This document shows positions 1 through 17,081 of a stretch of DNA of 64,000 nucleotides, in pieces. The stretch is taken from positions 2,400,001 through 2,464,000 of the forward strand of contig CP086569.2 in NCBI GenBank assembly GCA_009914755.4, written 5' to 3'. The translations under genes were made by a program, and so were the position numbers. Position 1 is the stretch's first letter, and each line of letters starts with the position of its first letter. Under the pieces are notes generated by a model, which did no database searches, was not told the DNA's origin, and saw only the letters and a program-made list of their open reading frames with translations. Source of the DNA: the human T2T-CHM13v2.0 reference genome, Homo sapiens.

Positions 1-39
1 TAATTTAAGGAATGTGAATATTAAAGCCCTGAGAATAGT

Positions 40-210
40 GATAATGCCTGGGAGTATGCGTTCTCAGAGTACCCCTAGAGTGTAACAGGCAGCACCTCAG
101 CTCTGTAGCTGTGTAACATGCACCCTTAGAGTGTAATAGGCAGGACCCCAGCTCTGTAGCTGGGTAACATGTACCCCCGTAGAGTGTAAGAAGCAGGACC
201 CCAGCCTCTT
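40..210. repeat. Minisatellite of about 52-bp period, about 3 copies visible (tagagtgtaa[c/t]aggcag[c/g]acc[t/c]cagctctgtagctg[t/g]gtaacatg[c/t]accc); the array may continue upstream of the window
   Basis: Unit starts at 76, 127 and 180 with more than 85% identity between copies. It lies in the CD99 intron just upstream of the exon at 281. Confidence 0.7.
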
Positions 211-280
211 CACGGTCCTGGCTGTGAATTTTTCCTTGACCCCAAACCTTCCCATTGCAGACGTTGTTTTTGTCTTGCAG

Positions 281-331
281 GAAAAGGAGGCAGTGATGGT
301 GGAGGCAGCCACAGGAAAGAAGGGGAAGAGG
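281..331 (+). CDS. CD99: CD99 (MIC2) internal coding exon encoding (G)KGGSDGGGSHRKEGEE; probably exon 7
   Basis: Acceptor ...ttgtcttgcag|ga and donor g|gtaggtg. The translation in the correct phase matches the CD99 extracellular juxtamembrane sequence GEGKGGSDGGGSHRKEGEE, and the split codon g|cc joins to the next exon as Ala. Confidence 0.9.
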
Positions 332-885
332 GTAGGTGCACCTGGCTTCTGTCTTCTTGTCTCTCCCACGTGGTGTTGAGAAGGGGAAGCAGAATGTCTG
401 AGAGCTGGCGGACTGCACTGGCATTGGCCTCCTAAAGCTACTGGCAGGAGGCACGGGTGTTCTGTGCCAAGTGCTCCCAAGTGATGTAGCTGCAGAGGTC
501 CCCCAGCAAACCAGCCCTGCTCCGGGTGCCCACGTGACGCGGATTTTATGTTTGGTCACCTGCCCACGATGCCCTGGCTGGCGACCCGACCCCTACATCA
601 CGCTTCGCCTTGTCCTTGTGTTTACAAAAGCTCCTACACTCACCCTAACGATCAGAGGCTTGTGACGCAGTATCCTCGGTTGCGCTTGGCCCTTGAGAAC
701 GTCAGTAACCAGGTGGGAGGTGGGAATGTGGATCGCTTCCACCCTGGCTGTAACAGGCATTGTGTTCTCCATGGAAGTGCCGGTGATGTATCTCCTGTCT
801 CCTTTTTCATAACCTTTTCCCTTAGATGGGACAAGAAAATAATGACAGACAGAATTCCTTTTAAAACTGTAAAGAAAACAAAATG

Positions 886-1015
886 AGGTAAGAAAGAGAA
901 ACAGAGAAGTAGGGAGGAAGAAAAAAGGGAAGGAGGGAAGGAAAGAAGGAAGGAGGGATGGAGAGAAGGAAGGAAGGAGGGAAGAAGGGAAGGAAGGAAG
1001 GGAGGAAAAGTGGGT
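886..1015. repeat. (GGAA)n/(GA)-rich purine microsatellite
   Basis: Run of ggaagg/agggaagg repeats. Confidence 0.85.
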
Positions 1016-1420
1016 AGTCTACCCTTGTTTTAGGTATTTATTATTTTTATGGGTACAGTTCTTGAATTCTAGGCTTTCTTTGAAGAGGTAGTAATCTGTA
1101 GCCCTCACCTAGGACTACAAGGTCATTTTTTAAAAAATAGCTAAGAAAACACATGTCTGGCATGTTTATCTCAGGCCATCGTTCTTGGCCTTCTAGAGAG
1201 TTAATGTCTACTATGTCACTTCATCAGGGAGGGGTAGTTAAGCTTGAAAAATCTTTCTATGACATGACTGTGTCCTGCACATATTAAAAACTGGCCGAGT
1301 GAACACACCACCGACAGGCCATGTTTGGAGCCAGTGTTTTTGCTGAAAGTCAGACAATTCTCCTTCCCCGTCGTGGAGGGCGGAGAAGATTCTATCTGGA
1401 GAAGGGTCCTCTGAAGCTCA

Positions 1421-2400
<980 letters not shown>

Positions 2401-2571
2401 GATAGATTTAAAATGTCTGCATTGAAACCCAAAGCTATCTTCAAGGGGTGAAAAAGGAGCATTCTAACGATACAAAACGCATTGGCAAATGCCCCAAGCA
2501 TTGCAGGTCTTTGCTTCTTTATCTTCTGCCCCTGCCTGGGCTCCTTCCTCCAGGTTTGATGTCCAGCTCTC

Positions 2572-2879
<308 letters not shown>

Positions 2880-3226
2880 CCAGCTCTCTTTCCATCTGTC
2901 TTTGTCTTTTTTTGTCTCTGCCTTGGTTCTGCTGAGCTTCTGCCCGTACCTCGCTGGCCTCTCTTCATGTCTCTTTTCTCCTGCTCCACTCCCTCCATGG
3001 TCTGACCAGGTCTGCCCAGCACGTGCGATGGGAGATTGTGCCTTGCTTTGCCTTCCTGTGTATCATTCTCGGCATGCTTCCTTTGCAAATCGGTCAGCTC
3101 AGGCGTCTGAGATGTTCTGAGGATCTTGGTGCTCTCAGACTGACTGTCTCTGCCAGCCACTGCCCCCTGGGATCTTCTCTGCACCGTGCGTGTCTCAATC
3201 ACGATGCTGTGTGCTTCCTCCTGCAG

Positions 3227-3340
3227 CCGACGCCCCAGGCGTGATCCCCGGGATTGTGGGGGCTGTCGTGGTCGCCGTGGCTGGAGCCATCTCTAGCTTC
3301 ATTGCTTACCAGAAAAAGAAGCTATGCTTCAAAGAAAATG
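3227..3340 (+). CDS. CD99: CD99 transmembrane exon encoding (A)DAPGVIPGIVGAVVVAVAGAISSFIAYQKKKLCFKEN; probably exon 8
   Basis: Acceptor cttcctcctgcag|cc and donor aatg|gtaagt. The translation matches the CD99 TM segment and KKKLCFKEN exactly. Confidence 0.95.
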
Positions 3341-3819
3341 GTAAGTCTCAGTCCGCCGGTGCCTCTCCTTCATGCCTTGCTGATTGGAAAACTGTGCTTT
3401 CTTTAAAAGGCAGAAACCAAACTCGGGCTGGCACGAAACAGGTGCACGATGGCTGATGGTTCGTGAAACTGCTAAAATTCTGGAATCGAACCTTCTGGCT
3501 TTGATTTCAGGGCTGTTCTGCCTTGTGTTTTGTTGTGTGAAAGTTTACAAGTTCCCCACTGCTGCAGTGCTTGGGTTGTTTACGTCTACCAAGTGGGAAA
3601 TGGTTGGTACATATGCCGCGGAATTGTTGCTGGGGTTAGAGACAGTCCTGCAGGAAAGCCGCTACAAGTTACCCTGCAGAGAGCAAAGGTGGAAGACACT
3701 TAGCTCTGATCATTCCTGCCCTGTTATTTACAACCGATGTCATCATCAGGAGGAGAGCCGTGACCAGGGGGCCGCCACGGTCCTTTCTCCACTGAGAGTT
3801 AAGTTAAAAGCCGGCACAA

Positions 3820-4238
<419 letters not shown>

Positions 4239-4318
4239 TCACCATTGCAATCCTCCTAGGTCAGCTGGCAGGCTCTTTGGGACCTTGTATTGGGATCCGC
4301 CGTGAAGCTGGGAAGTAA

Positions 4319-4743
<425 letters not shown>

Positions 4744-5052
4744 AACAGCTACTGTTTTATGGAGGAGCCCCTGGGGTCCCTCACGCCTCTGGGTGTCTGA
4801 ACTTCTCACCCTACTTAGATCTTAAGTCCTTATTCATTCTTGGTCACTGATGTCATTCACTCAAAGCACTGCCTCCTGAAGATTTTAGAGGGATTCCTAG
4901 AACATTTGAATAGATGCTGGTGTGGACAAAGTTAGACTGTAGGGGTGGAGTTTCCCCGTAATCTCCCATCATTCCAGCATTTGACATCCACAAACATTAT
5001 TTAGAGCGTGAAATGGAGAGTCCTAAACAGCTTTCGGATCTCAAGACTTTAA

Positions 5053-5472
<420 letters not shown>

Positions 5473-5801
5473 TGATTGAATGGCAGTTTTGAGCGGGACC
5501 CAAATGGACAGATGACCACATTCAAGGAGATGCCTGTAAGAGACGTACGATTAGAATCACGTTGGAAAAAAGCAAACAGCATAACATTCTTCTCCCCTCT
5601 TGCTTCTTCTAGAAGTAGCGGAGGGGTTAAAACAGTAGGGACTCAATGGAAGGGAATTTTTGTTTGCTTTTCAATGACATTTCTTTTTCTTTTCTGAAAC
5701 TGTTCAACTCACAGCATAATATTCAACCAGGAGGTAAGGAAGGCTTGTTTGCCAGGACAGGATGCGTAATATTCTAGATGTTGTATTTCAAACTCTCTGG
5801 C

Positions 5802-6092
5802 TTTTTTTTTGAGACGGAGTCTCGCTCTATCGCCCAGAATGGAGGGCAGTGGTGCAATCTTGGCTCACTGCAACCTCGCGGGTTCAAGCAATTCTCCTGC
5901 CTCAGCCTCCGAAGTAACTGGAATTACAGGTGTGCATCACCACACCCGGCTAATTTTTGTATTTTTAGTAGAGATGGGGGTTCACCATGTTGGACACACT
6001 GGTCTCGAACTCGTGACCTCAGGTGGTTCCCCCCCCGCAATCTTGGCCTCCCAAAGTGTTGGGATTATAGGCGTGAGTCAAAGCACCCGGCC
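5802..6092 (-). mobile_element. Alu (reverse)
   Basis: ttttttttgagacggagtctcgctctatcgcccag ... ataggcgtgagtcaaagcacccggcc. Confidence 0.85.
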
Positions 6093-6282
6093 TCTTTTTT
6101 AGAATCCCAGACAATTGTTGAACACTTTTGCATTAAACTACAAAGTCTCTGATTGATGATTCTCTGAAAATCTTTAGGTCAACCCAAATTGGATTCATGA
6201 GTTGCAAAGGATGTTTATTACCTTGTGCGTGCAGACGTAGGAACTTTTGGGATCTTGTAAGCCTATTTCATATTCACATCCT

Positions 6283-6572
6283 GTATTAGTCCGTTTTCAC
6301 ACTGCTATGAAGAACTGCCTAAGACTGGATAATTCATGAAGGAAAGAGGATTCATTGATTCACAGTTCAGCATGGCTGGGGAGGCCTCAGGAAACTTAAC
6401 AATCATGGCAGAAGGGGACGCAAGGCACCATCCCATTATCACGAGAACAGCATGGGGGAACCTTCGCTATGGTTCAGTGACCCCAACCTGGTCTCTCCCT
6501 GGACACATGGGGATTATGGGAATTACAATTTAAGATGAGATTTGGGTGGGGACACAGAGGCTCATCATATCA
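6283..6572 (-). mobile_element. Solo THE1/MST-type MaLR LTR, reverse complement of the consensus, with an internal deletion
   Basis: Begins tgtattagtccgttttcacactgctatgaag and ends ...ggggattatgggaattacaatttaagatgagatttgggtggggacacag...catatca. This is the reverse complement of the THE1 terminus TGATATGG...CAGTGTGAGAACGGACTAATACA. Confidence 0.7.
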
Positions 6573-6832
6573 CATCTGAAGACACTCAAACTTGGGAAAG
6601 CACCCAGGAGGCTTAATAGACTTGATTTTGTCAAAAATTTTGAAATAGAATTGGGAAAAGGAAAAACAACTTTTCCTCTACCTTATCCGCCCCGCCACCC
6701 CTGGGTCTTGGTCTTGGGTGGAAGCATTATCTTTTTTTATTGCAGGAGGTGGGGCAGGCATGAACAATGAAAGCTCTCACTGGGTAGAAACAATTTTCCT
6801 AGATTCTTCAAGAACAAAAGCAAATATGTCCT

Positions 6833-7428
<596 letters not shown>

Positions 7429-7699
7429 CCCAAAATAATTTTTTTTAAAAAAGCATCCTTTCTGAAGAATTGGCTCAGGGGAGTCCAAGATTCACTTTAT
7501 ACTAATGAGATGCTAGGCTAATTTTCTTCTAATATTTTCTATAAGTCTCTTATTCTGATGCCAAATTAACAGAAGGTCCAACTTTCAATTCCTGGTTTGC
7601 TTTCTAGTTATCCTGGGATTGATTTTCTTGGCCTTTTGTAAATGCACAAAGCAAAGGGCCAAAAAGAAAATAAAATAAAGTATAACAAAGAGAAGCAAG

Positions 7700-7905
7700 A
7701 GATGGTGAAACCCCGTCTCTACTAAAAATACAAGAATTAGCTGTGCGTGATGGTGGGCACCTGTAATATCCCAGCTACTTGGGAGGCTGAGGCAGGGAAT
7801 TGCTTGAACCCGGGAGGCAGAGGTTGCAGTGAGCCAAGATTGTGCCACCACACTCCAGCCTGGACAACAGAGTGAGACTCTGTCTCAAAAAAAAAAAAAA
7901 AAAAA
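7700..7905 (+). mobile_element. 5'-truncated Alu (middle and right arm) with a poly-A tail
   Basis: gagatggtgaaaccccgtctctactaaaaatacaagaattagctgtgcgtgatggtgggcacctgtaat ... gactctgtctc + A19. Confidence 0.85.
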
Positions 7906-8254
7906 GAGAAAGAAAACAAAAACAAGGCACTCTTCTATAAATACCAAGACCCTACCTCAAAAGAGGACCTTTCCAACTGCATCCACTCACAGCTTGGTTT
8001 TTATACCTGAATTATAAAATGAGTTTAATATTTATCTCAGTGACATGATTTTGTTAGTAGACATGGAATTGTGATGTTGGATCGAGTTATCCGGAAGACG
8101 AAAGATGTCAGAGCCCTCAGCCTCTGGGGCAGGATTTTGCTTTATGGGTTCGATTTCCGGGATGGTGATTTTGAGATCTGGCAACCCCATAGGTTCATGG
8201 GGAGCTTGGAGATTTCATAAGAAGGATGTGAGTATAGCATGCCCTGGTCCTTCA

Positions 8255-8593
<339 letters not shown>

Positions 8594-8848
8594 TTATTCT
8601 ACCAGACAGGCTCATTTTCCGGGACTGTGTCATTGCATTGAAATCTGTGGTGTTTGTTAAATTTGTATTAAAATGAGTCCCAGGCGAGTGAGTAGACATA
8701 GGTGAGTCTTCGGCATCTTTCCAACAAGGAGATGCCTTTATCAAATCCTGTGACTTGATATAGATTTACTGAGAAGCTTTGCAGTGTTATATTTTGGGGT
8801 TCACGGATTAGAAACTCCTTGTGGAATCAGATGGCTCTGTCTGTTATA

Positions 8849-9055
8849 GGTTGGTGCAAAAATAACTGCGGTTTATGCCATTAAAAGTAATAGCAACATA
8901 GCAAGACCTCGTGTCTACAAAAAACGTAAAAAAAAAAAAATTAGCTGAGTGTGGTGGCTCCCAGCTAATTTTTTACCTTTTTTTGTAGAGACAGAGTCTT
9001 GCTATGTTGCCATTACTTTTAATGGCAAAAACCACAATTACTTTTGCACCAGCCT
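8849..9055. mobile_element. MADE1 (Hsmar1-derived 80-bp palindromic MITE) split at its centre by a ~120-bp Alu-derived insert (8893-9012)
   Basis: Left half ggttggtgcaaaaataactgcggtttatgccattaaaagtaat, right half cattacttttaatggcaaaaaccacaattacttttgcaccagcc. The intervening sequence holds Alu pieces (...attagctgagtgtggtggctc / ttgtagagacagagtcttgctatgttgcc). Confidence 0.75.
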
Positions 9056-9389
9056 CCGTTCCTCCCTTCCTACAGATTTGAGTTTGTGGTGCTTGGGCTT
9101 CTCCTGGTTTTTGTCCATGTGATACGAAGGGGCCTGTTGAAGCTGCTTCTCTCATGCACTCGGGGTCTGTGACTTCGCATCTGGGTGTGTTGGCTTCGCG
9201 GGGGACCTGGCTCAGACCACTAACCGCACGGAGCCTGACCACTTCCCACAGAGCCCAGCTTCCGTGGCTGGCAAGGGGTGTTCAGGATGCTGTCCTTTGG
9301 CTGTGGTGGCTGGTCCTACTGCTCTGTTTGCCAGGGTCCTGGGCTCACAGTGGGTTTCTTGAGGCTTTGGCAAGATGGGCGATTGGCTC

Positions 9390-10140
9390 TCCCTGTCTCC
9401 TTCTTTCTCTTTCTTCTTCTCTGCCTTTCTTCCTTCCCTCCTCCTTTCTTTCCCCCTCCCTCCTTCTTTTCTCTCTTCCTTCCCTGCTTTTCTCTTTCTT
9501 CCTTTGCCCTCAGTTCTCCCTCTCTCTCTCTCTTTTCATTCTTTCTTGAACTCTCCCTCTTTCTTCCTCCCTCCCTCCCTTCTTCTTTTCCTCCTTTTCC
9601 TTTTTCTCTCTTCCTTTTCTCTATCTCTTCCTTTCTTCCTTCTCTTTTCTTCTTATGTACCTCTTTCTTTTTTCTCTCTTCTTTCCTTCCTTCCTTTCTT
9701 TCCATCCCTCCCTCCTTCTTTCCTTTTCCCCTCTCCATCCCTTCCTCCTTTCCTTCCTTCCTTTCTTTTTTTCCTCTCTATTCTTTGTCTCTCTTCATCC
9801 ATCTCTCCTGTTCTTACATGCCTCTTTTCTTCCTTCCTTCTTTCTTCTCTCCCTCCTTCCCTTCTTTCCTTCCTTCCTTCCCTTCCTCCTTCCCTCTCTC
9901 CTTCCCTTCCTCCCTCCCTCCCTCATTTCCTTCCTCCCTGCTTCACTTCTTCCTCCCTCCCTTCCTCCATACCTCCCTGCTTCCTTTTTTCCAACCTCCT
10001 TCCCTCCTCGTTCCTTCCCTCTCTTTCTGCCTTCCTCCCTTCCTTCCTCCCATCCCTTCTTCCTGCTTCCCTCCTGCTCTCCCTGTTCCCTGCCTCCCTC
10101 CCTGCCTTCCTCTGTCTCTCCCTTCCTCCACTCCTTAATT
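9390..10140. repeat. Long polypyrimidine (TTCC)n/(TCCC)n/(CT)n tract of about 750 bp on the + strand
   Basis: Near-uninterrupted C/T composition, with ctccctcc, ttccttcc and tctctc motifs. It accounts for the spurious 279-286-aa + strand ORFs of S/L/F/P-rich protein. Confidence 0.9.
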
Positions 10141-10317
10141 TTGGTTTCCACTTCCCACTCTCACACTTTGAGCCTCTATCCCATTACTTCCTTGCTCAGA
10201 GCAGCTCTTTCTAACACCTCCCTGCTGCTGGGAGCCCCAGCGCACAGCAAAAGCAGACCCAGCACCAGTTTACTTTTTGTATTATTATTTTTTATCGTTT
10301 TCAACCTTCCATTTCAG

Positions 10318-10335
10318 ATGGCTGAAGACCTAGGG
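10318..10335 (+). CDS. CD99: Candidate 18-nt alternative micro-exon of CD99 (atggctgaagacctaggg) that would give the truncated CD99 type II isoform (…KEN-D-G-stop, 160 aa)
   Basis: Strong acceptor ttttcaaccttccatttcag| and donor |gtgagc. Spliced after the exon ending at 3340 (phase g|), it reads gat ggc tga = Asp-Gly-stop. Published descriptions give type II as an 18-bp insertion creating an in-frame stop and a 160-aa product. This is inference; no transcript evidence is visible in the sequence. Confidence 0.45.
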
Positions 10336-10938
10336 GTGAGCAGAGAACCCAGCCCAGGCCTGCGGAGCGTCCTGACCGTAATCGTTTTATCTGCTAAGAC
10401 ATAGCCTTAAAGCAAACCCTTCCATCTGCCGCTCCCCTCGCCCTGCTGGCAAATTCCCACCACGATGGGATTCTCAATCACATGGCGGATTCTCTGCCTT
10501 CAGTTCCATATGCTTTTGCCTTTCTGGATGCACAGAAGCTCATTATAGCAAATCATATTTCTGCATAAGAGCTTCAGAAAATGAAGAGAAATGCAGATAT
10601 TTTCTTTTAAACATGAATCTAACAGAAACAGGGCAGTGACTTCCATGTTTTAATGAGTTTTGTCCCTAAGTCCATCCCTGCCAAGGGAACAAACTGGGGC
10701 CCAGGGTGGCCACCCTCTTCCCTGCAGTGTCCTAGGTTAAGCTCACTCACGTCCTAAGGATTTGACCTTCCAGGTCATGCATGGATTTTTAAATCTTCAA
10801 CGTTTTTGGCCGTTGACTTGCATTTCTCACTGCACTTCCTATGAAGCAGTTCTTAACTCTTTCTGTGATCAGTGTTCCAAACAGGTACACACCTTGGTTC
10901 CTAGAAAAACAAAATTCATACGTTGAGGAATCACCTAA

Positions 10939-11800
<862 letters not shown>

Positions 11801-12881
11801 TTTCTTATTTGCCCTCTTGTGGAAATGAGGCACAGCCTCCCTTATGGTTGAGCCGTAGTTCTAGCTGAGCACGGATGGTTTGATCCTCCTGTGTTGGGGC
11901 ACTGTATGGTGTGAGGGCACAAAACCTTGACCCACATGGGTCTGGTCACCTTCTCACAGAGGTCACCTTTACAGCCCCCCAACTCTTTGAAGGATGTGTC
12001 CCAAGGTGTCTCAAGTCTGATGCAATGAAAGCTGCCCCCCATTGACCACAGGACTGAGTCCAGAATGTCCTGCGTGTTTCCCAGAGTGTCTGTCCTAACA
12101 CCGCTTAAAGATTAGCCACTGCTAGACAGTGATCCTCAGGTATATGGTCTCAGGATTGGCCCCAAGCACACGGTGTGTGTGTGTGTATAAATATATCTTC
12201 ACAAAGCATAGGTACCCATTAAAGCCATATTGCTTTGCTGAATGGTTCTAATAGCTACAGATGATTTCTAGCCTGAAAGAAAAGCACCACGAATTGTTTG
12301 AAGTTGACTTGTCAGATGTGGCATGCTTGGTCTAAGTTTTGACAGGAAGGGTATGTGGGTAGGGGTGTACGGAGCATCTCATGAGACCAGTTCTCCTCCT
12401 GAGAGGTCCGTGATGTTGGAACTGTTGCCCCAGATGGACTTTGCCCTTGTGAGACTTTATACTTTTCAATGCAGTTTTTCCCTCTTTAAAACTCGCCAGC
12501 TTTTATGTAGTGTTTTATAAAATTACAGGAATAAAAAGAATATCTTTTATGCTTTTTAACCAATGAGGGGAGAGGGAGAAATTATTTGTCCTCTGAAATG
12601 AATGCAGGTTTTCAATTTCTAGCCAGGACAGTTTGCTGCAAAATGCACCCGTGTTGACAACTTGTGACTGGCAGAACAAATGACATTTGTGGTGAACATT
12701 TTCGGATCATTTCGAATGTTCTTCTCTTCAGGGGGTTTTCCTCTCTTTTTCTTAAATCAAAGAATTTGGCCCTTTATGTGGGAGTCATTTAGTGGTTAGG
12801 GAGAACAGTTGAAACTGTGGAGTTCACGTAGCGTAAACTGGCGAGGCTGTCTCTGCTGCTGTCATTAAAAGTTACGCTGCT

Positions 12882-13222
<341 letters not shown>

Positions 13223-13531
13223 TTATGAAGGCATTTGAACCACAGATGGGGCCGTTTTACAAATAGCACGGTCTTTGTGAGGGGGAAACGCATGGCCACA
13301 GATTCGATGAGCTTCTGCTGCTTCCCTTTGTGTTGAAAACGTGGGTGTTCCTTCACACCAACACTGGAAATAAATAAATACCTATTGATCTGTGCATCTC
13401 TTACGCGTTTCCAATTCTGTTGGCTTATGCTGTGGGTCAGAAAAGAAGCGACACCGACAACATTTGGGGACTTGACCCTGTTTGCATTGCGGCATGTTTG
13501 AAACATTTTTTAATGGAAATTTGGGAATAGA

Positions 13532-13978
<447 letters not shown>

Positions 13979-14123
13979 TCACCTCTCTGCATTCTGAGGG
14001 AGGTAGAAGGGGGGACAGGAGAGCCAATTCAACCTGAGAAGGATGATCGGTGGAGGTGGGTAAAGGAAGAAAGTCCCCTTTCCCTAGGTACTGAAAAGAT
14101 GCTAATCTGCTGAGATTCTCTGT

Positions 14124-14432
<309 letters not shown>

Positions 14433-14435
14433 TCT

Positions 14436-14766
<331 letters not shown>

Positions 14767-15157
14767 TGATGAGTTTGGGGGCAGTTATAAATAAGAATCT
14801 TATTTTCACAGATGCACGTACTTTTTTTTTTTTTATAGAAAGAGCTTCCATGTGCGTGTTCCTCAGTGTTTAGGGAGAAGAAAGCAACCCTTAAAATAGA
14901 GGAAAATGAAGCTGCTTGGATTACCCTGTTGAAGTTCATCTCTGCCTGTGCCATGCATGAAAAAATACTGGCAAAGTCTTCACTTACATGAGTGTTAGAC
15001 TCCATGTTCCCAGTGGGTCTCGGGGTTCAGAACTGAGTGCTCTCATCCAAGCAATAGGAGCGTCGACCTCAGGAAAGCCCAAGTGTTTTGTGTGTATTTT
15101 GAGGAGTGGGTTATCTGTTGCACTGAGCCTCTCTGTGTATTTTCTTCTTCTTTTCAG

Positions 15158-15214
15158 CAGAACAAGGGGAGGTGGACATGGAGAGCCACCGGAATGCCAA
15201 CGCAGAGCCAGCTG
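15158..15214 (+). CDS. CD99: CD99 cytoplasmic-domain exon encoding (A)EQGEVDMESHRNANAEPA; probably exon 9
   Basis: Acceptor ttcttcttttcag|ca and donor gctg|gtaaga. Exact match to the CD99 sequence AEQGEVDMESHRNANAEPA in phase with the flanking exons. The tandem cag|cag acceptor (15155-15160) is a NAGNAG site. Confidence 0.95.
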
Positions 15215-15460
15215 GTAAGAAGGACGGGGAACGATGGCTTGCACACGTGGCCAGTGTTCCCATTTTATCTTCTCCATCCTCTCCCATCTTGCTGTCCTGC
15301 TCACATTCTCAAATTTGGTTGCATGGCTTTGAATGTCTTCCTTTATGTCTCGTTGCTTTGGAGGGATACTTTCAAAAGACAATGAATGTGTAAACTTCCT
15401 AGGGCCTGGGCCTTCAGAGAAGACCTATATGTGCCTAAGTCTCTGTTTAACAAAATATTA

Positions 15461-15759
<299 letters not shown>

Positions 15760-15793
15760 TTAAAAGCCCATCTCCTGAAATATAACTCGTTAA

Positions 15794-16127
<334 letters not shown>

Positions 16128-16408
16128 GCTATCACCTTCTAAAAATCCTCTCAACCAGGTGGAAAATGTGGTTAAGAAGAGACTTTAATTCGTGAGAAAC
16201 TTCTCAGGGTAAAAGGCAGGCATTTTGCCATCAGAACCACTTTTGAAAATGGCAAGAAAAAAATGTGTGTGTGTATATGTGCGTGTATTTTTTTATTTTG
16301 TTTGTGCATACATTGGAACCTTCTCATTTGCCTGAGAGATGCAGTGCTTATTTTTAATAGCAGCTGTCAAATTGAGAGGGATTTTTAATGAAATGATTTA
16401 AAATATTT

Positions 16409-16710
16409 TAATTTTTTTTCTTTTTGAGATGGAGTGTCTCTCTGTCACCCAGGCTGGAGTGCAGTGGTGCGACCTCTGCTCACTGCAACCCCTGCCTCCC
16501 AGTGTCAAGTGATTCTCCTTCCTCAGCCTTCTGAGTAGCTGAGACCACAGGCACCCGCCATCATGCCCCACTAATTTTCTTTCTGTTTTTACTAGAGACG
16601 GGGCTTTCGCCATGTTGGCCAGAGTGGTCTCGAACTCCTGACCTCAAGTGATCTGCCCACCTTGGCCTCCCAAAGTGCTAGGATTACAGGCATGAGCCAC
16701 CGTGCCTGGC
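16409..16710 (-). mobile_element. Alu (reverse)
   Basis: ttttttttctttttgagatggagtgtctctctgtcacccaggctggagtgcagtggtgcgacc ... attacaggcatgagccaccgtgcctggc. Confidence 0.9.
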
Positions 16711-16750
16711 ATTCCATTTTAAAGATAGAGACTTCTACAAAGTTAGTGTC

Positions 16751-17081
<331 letters not shown>

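Noticed and set aside
5-559. 184-aa minus-strand ORF at the window start
   Set aside because: It runs antisense through the 52-bp minisatellite and the CD99 exon/intron. The real coding content here is the + strand CD99 exon at 281-331.
3190-3456. 88-aa ORF covering the CD99 TM exon
   Set aside because: Intron read-through on both sides. The true exon is 3227-3340 with ag/gt boundaries.
9278-10404. Long + strand ORFs (286, 279 and 249 aa) and minus-strand ORFs (140 and 118 aa) encoding S/L/F/P-rich or K/E/R/G-rich peptides
   Set aside because: They lie entirely within a 750-bp (TTCC)n/(GGAA)n tract. Any frame of a pure pyrimidine or purine repeat lacks stop codons, so there is no coding evidence.
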